Virus record (IMG/VR): IMGVR_UViG_3300020204_004643
Location: 6,627 to 70,626 of that record
Strand: one strand, 5' to 3'
From: a virus
DNA: 64,000 nt
The translations under genes and the position numbers were made by a program. The first letter of the stretch is position 1, and every line of letters starts with the position of its first letter. Positions 42,135 to 51,100 of this stretch are shown one piece after another. A model generated the notes under the pieces. It was not told the DNA's origin, searched no databases, and saw only the letters and a list, made by a program, of their open reading frames with translations.

Positions 42135-45100
42135 ACCTCCGGGTCTCTTTTGTTCGACAATAACTTCCACAATTTTACCTTTGAGTAATTCAGCAAGTTT
42201 TTGATTGTTTTGCAAGTTTTGATTTTGATTTGAATTTTTATTGTCTGAATTTGTTTCTGAAGTAGCCGAAACATTTCCAGAAGAAACATTAACAGAGATA
42301 TTATTTACAATAGAACTTGTAGCAAGTTGCCCTTGAGCATTAAAGTTTGGAGATACACCACCAGTTTCAGATTGAGTAATACCATTGCTCTTACTTATAC
42401 TTTCATTTAAAGTATTTATTGCAACAACCAATTCATCAAAGTTATTATTTACAGCATTACCTCTATAACTTACAGAAGAACCGCTACCAACTAAACCTCC
42501 TTCAGCAAATCTTGTGCGAGCACCAACTCTATTAAAGGTTCCTTTATTCAAATCGCTCATTAATTGAGTACCATAATATTTAGTAGCTTCTGGGCTCATT
42601 ACATATTCATTGCCCATTAGCAATGCGGGTATATTATCTTTGCCCGCCATTCCACCCGCTTTTAGTTTTCTAACCGCACCGCCAAAAGCAAATTTTGGAA
42701 TAAGACCTCCTTTAGCATTTTTCGCAGGTGGTTCAGTTTTGGTATCACCACCCCCTTTAGAAGCGTAACCGGCAGCAGTAGATGCAACAATTTGAATAGC
42801 TGCAGCAATTAAAGCTTGATTAAAAACACTTTGAACTTTTTTATTAAAATCACTGATGGCTTTTTTTCTATCTTTTTCATACTGGTCGCGATCCTGTAAG
42901 TATCTATCTAATTCCTCAAAACGCTGTTCTCTGATTTTATTTTGAGGATTATTTTCATCAGTTAATGCAAAAGCAGACAAACGAGGATCAACTGAATATT
43001 CCCCTGAAGTTGGACGTTCTGGATCATTGTAGAGAAATTCATTTCTCATTGGACCAACTGAGAATGAACCACCATCAGCAGCAGTTTGAATTTGACCACT
43101 ATTCAATTGATCTAAGAAATCAGCGCCATATTTTTTAACAGAGCTTTGTTTAATAACAAATTCGCCGCCGCTCATCATAGCTGGCACATCATCTCTAAAT
43201 CCTGATCCACCAGTTACTAAACCGCCAAAGTTATAACCTTTAATTAAGCCGCCGTATTTTTTAGCTCCAGCTCCGGTTACAGTATTAACTCCTCCTGCTG
43301 TATATGCACCATCTGAAGATGCCGATGCATTTCCTGTTCCAAAATTGAAAGAGGAAAATCCTTTTTGTGCTGCTCCTAAAACTGTATCAACCAACTGAGC
43401 GGTAGCTCTATCAGTTAATCTATTTAATAAAGATTGAAAGAAATCAGAAAAAGCTTCTCTTAGTGTTTTAGTTCCTTTTATAGCTTCGCTAAATGCGCCA
43501 GCAATTCCTGTCTTAAAATCAGTAAGTAATATTTTTAAAGTATCCCCCGTATCTTTTGCGGCATCAGCTGGTCCATATTCAAAAACAGATCTAACAATTG
43601 AACCTACTGGTACATTTCCTTGTCGAGCTTCAGCTGTAATTCTTGCTTCAGCAGCTGCTTGTTTTTCTTCTCTAAAGAAATTTCTTCCGTATGCGGTTTC
43701 ATATAAAAGTTTTTCTCTATCTTTAGTAGTTGCAAGTTCTAAGTCTAATTCTTTCTTTCTAATTTTAAGTTGAATTTGTAATTGTTTTTCTTGTTGTTCT
43801 TTAGTTTGAACTCCTTCAGCTAAAATTTCATTAACTTCTTCTTGTAACTTGACTAATTCTGTATTGGATTGTAAATAAAATTCAGTTTGTAAATTTAAAC
43901 CTTTTAATTGTTGTCTTAAGCTTTGAATTCTTTCATTAGGATCTGTTGGTTTATCGGGCTGTTGATTAGATGAATTATTATTTAAAAGTTTTTCATAATA
44001 TATAGAATTTTTTAAAGCATCTGCCATTAGTCCTTCTAAATAAGCAATATTTTGTTTTTTATCTAAAGGTTTTGCAGTTACAGAAGTTGAAAATTTTTGA
44101 AATTTATTAAGTAGCTCAAGTATTGATTCAACAGTACCCGAGGTTACTCCAGAATATCTTCGAACAATATCACTAATTTGTACATCTTTAGATTGGTTAT
44201 TATTACCTCCAAATCCACCACTAGGAGTAAAAGTACTTTGAGGAATTTGCTGCAACAAATTATTCGTGACTTTTTGAAATGCTTGCGCTGTTTCTGGGGG
44301 TAAATTTGTATTTAAGTTAAAAATCCCCTTTTGCAAATCTTTAATTTCTTGTAAAAACTTTTCTCTATCATTAAATGGCACATTAGAAGGTATTAAATCT
44401 CTAATTTGTTTATTTATATCAGCTTCTTTAGTGGCAATAATTAATTCCGTCAGTTTACTTTCTAGAGTTTTATTGACTGTAATTAATTGATCTTTTACAT
44501 TTTTTTGAATTACACTAGCAAAATTTTTATTTAAATTTGGAATTTGTTCTTTTAAATAATTTGTTTGCTCATTAGTTAATTGATTTAAAATTCCTGCCTC
44601 TTCTTGTAAAATATCTAAATAAGTACCAATATTTTGTAATTTAAGTTCTGAAGAAATCTGTAACAACGCTGTGCCTACTGCATTTTCATTAGCAGTTTTA
44701 AATGCTAAAGCTAATGGACTTTCTTTTCCAATTGATCCGATTTGAGCTTCAGTGGTTTGTCTAGCTAAATTAAGAGATTCTCTAATTTGACTAGTTCTTC
44801 CTGCGATAGAAATTGCAGTTAAAGGACGCAATTGATCAGATACAGCTTTATTAAAGCTTTCTGGACTAACAAAAGGAATTGGAGAAGTAGTTGCTCTATT
44901 TAACTGTAATTGATTAGTTAAGGTATCTAAAAGTTTAAAAACACTAGATCCCAAAAGGGAAATATTTTCACCTCTATTACCTATTGCATTATTTTGCCTA
45001 AGTTCTCCAACTAAATCAGCAATGCTATCATAAAGATCAGAAACTCCTAATCTTCCTGTTGAAGCTAGTGCTCGACCACCACCTGCAAAACTTAAACGTT

Positions 45101-48100
45101 GATTTAATTCGTAAGTTTTTCTTTGAAAATCAACTTGACTTTTTTGTAAAAGCAAATCTACCTCACCTTGAGCTTTAATACGCGCTAATTCATTTTGAAA
45201 AGAAGCAAATTCTTTCTCTAATTGTTGTATAAGAACTTCTTGTTGACCTCCAGTTAAAGTAGCAGTACTTCGAATTTCTTGAGCTAATTTATCTCGTACG
45301 TTAGAAACGTTTACTCCGCCTCTTGCTGCCTCTAAGCCTTGACTAGCTAAATTACTTAATTTACTAAGATTATTAATAAATAAATTGGTATCTTTTACAA
45401 TTTGATTTGGTTCTCTATTTAAATCAGCAGTAACTCCAATTGCTTGATCTGTTATTTCTTTTATTTTAGAAGTTAAACTTTCATTAAAAGAATCTAAGGT
45501 TTTATTTAATGCGTCTCGAATTTGTGAATTTTGACGAGTGGTAATTTCATTTAAATCTAATTGACCTTGGATATTATTGCGTTGTTGATCTGTGATAAAT
45601 GGTGAAAATACTTCTAATAAATTTTTAACTCTTGATCTTTGAACATTAATAACTCCTTCAGAAAATATCTTATTTATATCTCTAATAGCAGATGATCTAT
45701 TTTGTTCAATTTGAATTTGTTGAGAAAGTTGAAAATTTAAATTTGTATACTGTTGATTTAAAAGTCTTAATGCTTCGGCAGCTTGTTTATTCTTTTTTAC
45801 ATTATCTGTTTGAATTGAAGTTAAATTAGCGGCTTCTTCTTTGGTTGCGAAAGCAGTAATGCCGAGTTCGCGAAGAGATGAAACAAGTCCACGAATAACT
45901 TTGATATCAAAATTTTCAGCTGCTTTTTTAAAAGCTGATGCCAACTCTGGAGTTAGCAAACCCTGAGAACCAAGTAAACTTTCGACTTTATTTAAATTTC
46001 TTAAATTTAATACTTGAGGAGCGTTAGCCTGCAAGCCTCTTCCTGACTGATATGTAGTAAACAATTCTCCTGATAATCGAGAAATAAATTTGTCAAAATC
46101 TTGTTGGTTGCCAAATCTTTTTGTTAAATCTTGTTGATTAATATTTCTTGTGAAACTTCTGTTTAATAATTGTTGATCATTAGATCTTAATTGTATTGCG
46201 GATCCAAAATAAGAAAGGAAACCTTTATTATTTGATATAAGTTGCAAAACGCTACTTACTGATTCTAAATTTTGCTGTGATCTACCTAATTCTTTATTAA
46301 CATCAGAAATAGCTTCTGCTATTTTTGTTAAATCAGATCCCGCCGCTAAAACTTTTTGTCTAAACTCATCAGGAATTTGTCCTAATGATTCTTGAATTAA
46401 ATTTTGAAATCTAATTAAAGCATCTGGTCTAGCATTAGGATCATTTAATGCTGTTTTTAATTGCTCTAATGAAGATGAATAACCTTGAGATGCATTAGCA
46501 AAAGTATTAGTTTTATCTCTGATTAAATCTATAGATTTACCAATTTTATAAATATATTCTTCTAAATTAGAATCAACAACTTTTTTAGCAGCAATACCAA
46601 TTCCCAAAAGCGCTCCAGCAGCTGCTCCTGCTGGACCAAAAGCCGCTCCTGTTCCAGCATAAGAGAATACGTCTCCCACTCCAGAAGTTAATGCTCTAGC
46701 TTGAAAATTTTGTTGAGGGATAAATTGTTCAGCTATATTAGCGACTCCCGCGCCAATCAAACCAACCCCGAACCCTGCATTTTTAATTAAAGTATCAGCT
46801 TTCGCTTTTGTAGTGGTTTTCGATGCTGCTTCGGCAATTTTTTCAGATTCTAATATTTTTGATTTTGCGCCAATTTCTTTAGATTTAGTTACAAAATCCG
46901 CAGTTGAAGTTTGTATTGCTAGATTTTCATTTTTTATTAACTGTTCTTGTTGCCTTATCTGTTTTCCTATTGCGCGAGATGAACTTAAATATTTAGTATT
47001 TTCCGCTGGATCAGGGCCAAGACCAAGACCTGCACGTAATTTAGTAGAAGCATCAAGAGCAGCCTTCTCTGTTTTTCTTTGCTTTTTTAAATCAGAAATA
47101 TTTTGTTTTGCAGCATCAATACTTTGATTTCTAACAGTTTTCTCAGCTTTAAGTTGACTATTTAATTCATTTATTCTTTCTGCAGCTGATTTTCTAATCC
47201 CTTTTACATCTTCTGCTAAAGCAGAGTTAACTGCTTTTACAGATTCTTTAATGTTTTTAAAAGCGTCAATAACACTTCGAATTTGAGTATTTAACCCAAT
47301 TAAAGTCGCTGCAATTAAAGTAACATCAAATCTATCAAATCCTCCTTCTGCGAAATTTGGTACAAATCCAGAACTCATTCCTTTTGTTTTAGGATTGATT
47401 CCGGCTTCACGCGCAAATGCCATGCCCTGATTTAAACCGCCGGGTTCTTGGACCGTATTATAAACTCCAAGTCCTTGAGGATTAAATGAAGTTTTTAAAG
47501 AATTACTTTGTCCGATTTTAACTTGGGAAGCTGAAAAGCCAGCGTCCATTTCTCTATTAATAGCTTCTCGAACGGCATTGAAATTTGGAATAAATCCTTT
47601 TCCTAAAAAAGTTTTAAATTTCGCAAAATTAGGAACAAAACCAGAAGCAAAGTTTGGCTGCAACCCATTTTTTCTTACAAAATCGCGAAACAACTCTAAA
47701 TCTTCTTGCGATGGATTTTTATTTCTAATTCCTTTTATTTGATAAGCATCTATTGAATATAAAGGTGGGCCTTTTCTTGCTTTTCTAAATTGCAAATAAG
47801 ATTTAACTGTATTTAATCTTACCTCCTCCGCTATCATGCTCCTTTCAGCCATCAACTCCGCCATTGCGGTGGTGGTGCTGGATTTGCCTAAAGAAGTAGC
47901 GTGATACTTGAGGCTTTTAATAAAATTTCTTATTTCAGCGCGATTTTGCCTAGTGTTAAAATCAGAATTTGGTATTATTCTTTTTCTTTGAGGATTTAAT
48001 TCTGCAGTTGCCGTTCCAGTTGAAACGATTAAGCTTTTAGGTAATCCTGTTTTCGTATCAATATTAGAACATGCGTCTCCATAGCCAGCAACGCAATGAT

Positions 48101-51100
48101 CCATTCTATTTCCTTCTTCATATAAAGATTTTTCATTTTTTAATATTTTTACTCTATCCGTTTCTTTACTTAAGTGAGGTATTATTGGAAAAGTCCTATT
48201 AGAAACAGCGATTTTTTTCTCGATTTGTTGTCTAGCTTGTTCTGATAATCTAGTTTTAACACTTTCAAAAGCTTTTGGGAGAGAAGTTTTATCTCCATTT
48301 GGTAAATCAGCTTCTGTTAAATTATTTATTAAATCTATATATGTGTATTGTCTTTGTTGTCCTGCTGCTCCATATTCAGCAAATGTTTTTTCAAACTGTA
48401 TGGAATTTTTATTTTTAACTAAAAAATCAATTATTTTTCTATTTTCCAAATCATATTTTACAAAACGTGATTTTTTTAATAAACCATAGTCGTTTTTAAA
48501 AAGAAATTTTGTTATTTCAGGAGATAAATCAATTGGTTCGCTTGGAGAAGGTCTAGAAATTCGCCATTTTAAATAATCAACAACTTCTTTATTAGAATTT
48601 AACACTTTCTTATTCGTCACTTCTTTAAAAGCTTCAAGCGGGCTTCTAGATTCTAGATAAATAGCTCTATCTAAACCTCGTATTCCTGAATGTAGAATAT
48701 AACTAGGAATATTAAATACTTCTCCTGCATCTATATCTTTAAAATTTTCATATAAAGATTGAAAAAGTATATTATCGGTAGACTTTTTATTAAAAGGGGC
48801 TTTTTTAACACTTCCAAATACAGAAAAAGAAAATTTTTCATCTCTATCAAATTCCGCAAGCTGAGTAAGCAAATCTTTATCTACTTTTTCTGGACTATCA
48901 AAGAACTCGGCTTGTTTTTGTAAATCTTTAGAAGTAATTGGCGGTGCCATTGATCTAATTTTTTGAGCTACATCTTTCAATTTATCATTTTGCAAAGCAA
49001 ATTCAAAAAAAATTGCTGGATCACTATCTACAAAAATTCCTCGACGAATAGAACGTTCTTTTAAGAAAGCTAAGTAAGATTTTCTTACATCAGGAAAAAT
49101 CAAAGTTTTCTTAAATCTGTCTTGTATATCTTCATTAATAAAATAATCTTGAGTACGCGGAAGTCTATCAGAAATAGATTTTTCCAATGGATCTTTATAA
49201 AAACGATCATTTTTGGGAAAAAATGCTTTGAGATATCTACTAGTTCCTATAAAATCACCATTTGAAAAAAAATCATTAAAAAAATCAGACTCGTCATTTG
49301 TTAATTTTCTACCAAAAACTTCTAGTTCTTTATCTTTTGGAACTGAGCCATTAGGCATAAAAAAATTTCTAAAATATTTCGGCGCATCCCTGTTAATATA
49401 TTTGTCAACTGACTCGTAGGTTTTGAAATAATTAATATATTTTTTAAATATTCCTTCTTTTTTAAGTTTTGAAAAAGTTAAATATCTTGCTCGTCCAGAG
49501 GGTCCTCCATAATTATTATCATTTTGTATTACAGCTCCAGTTCCTAAGTCGGAAAAAGCAAAATTAGGAATAAAGCCACTACTAAAATCTTCTGGAGAAA
49601 TTCCAGAAACAGATGGTCTACCTAAATAATCAATTGATTTAGTTCTACTGTTTCGAACTTTAGCGATTAATCTTCTTGCTTCTTCTGGCCCAAATGGTAT
49701 AGATTTTTCTGTAAAATTGACATTAACTCCTTTAGTTCTTCTTTCGTTTAAAATTTGAACTAATTCTTTTGCTTTAAGATCTGGATTAATGTTTAATAGA
49801 TCTTTAACAAATTTTACTCTGGCTGACAATACACTCATACCGCGACCCCCACGGATATTAGTGTTTGAAAATTCAGAAACAGTTTGAGAATCAAAATTAT
49901 TTAAATACTGTTGTAAAGCATCAGAAGAACTAAAATTAGGAATAAAACCTTTATCAAAGCGTCCGAGTTCTGGAATTCTTCCTTGTCGATAAAAAGCTTT
50001 AGCGATTCTTTCGGTGAAACCTAAATCCATTAATTTAAGTTTTGGACTACTTGTTCTAGTAAAACCAATATTTCTACCTCCAAAAAAATCAGACACGTCA
50101 ATATCGTATTCCTCTCCAAATTTTAATATTTGGTTTTCAAGATCTGAATAAGGCGAAAAAAGCATGAAATGGCTAGCGGGTTTGCCAAGTAATTGTTCAG
50201 ATGGTCTTGGTCTTTTGAAACCATCTAACTCTTGGACATCGTTTAATCTTTCTGTGATACTCCAAAGATTTTTTCTATTATCTGAAGCAAAAATTTCTGG
50301 TAAAATATCAGAATATCTTTCTCTAGCAGATCGATCATTTAAAATTCTATTTTCAACAAAATTTTGAGCAATTCCAGCTTTGTTAGCTGCAATTTTTAAA
50401 AACATTTTATCATCAAGAGCAATTCCAATTCTAGATGATCCTCTTTTAATTCGTAAACCTTTTTCTTGACTTAAACGTGTCAACCATAAATATAAATCTT
50501 CTGGCGAAGAAAAAGATTTTAATTTTGCTTCAGTTAATAAATCTTTTAAATTGTTATCTGCAAAATTAGGAATATACCCTTTAGAAAAATCAGATAATCT
50601 AATTTGTCTCAAATAAGAAGTAATGCTCTTTTCATCATTTGATGGAACAATTCTGTAATCTAAAACTCCATCACTTCTAAAATGTCTTATTAAGTTTTGA
50701 TATCCATCAGCGCCATACTTAGTTGTAAATCCTGAAAATTTTACTACTGGTGAACCTTTAGAATCTAAAATTGGATTTTTAGTAGCTTTATCTAAAATAG
50801 GATCTATTCTTCCAATGTTAACTAAATATTTTGCTATGGATTCAGGATCATTTTTCTTTCCATAAGCCATTACTAAGCGATCATTTAGTTTAAATTTATC
50901 AAATTTAGTAGCCGCAAAATTAGGGATAAAACCTTTTGAATATGCTTTAGGTTTTTCCATCATGATTCTGGAATACTCTTCATCAATAAATTCAGTAAGA
51001 CTTCCACTGAATGGACTTATGGCGGCAGCTCTTTGATCTGCTCTTCTTTGACTTGGAACATTTGCGTAAAGTCTTTTGTCTTGAGTGCCTCCTTCAGAAG

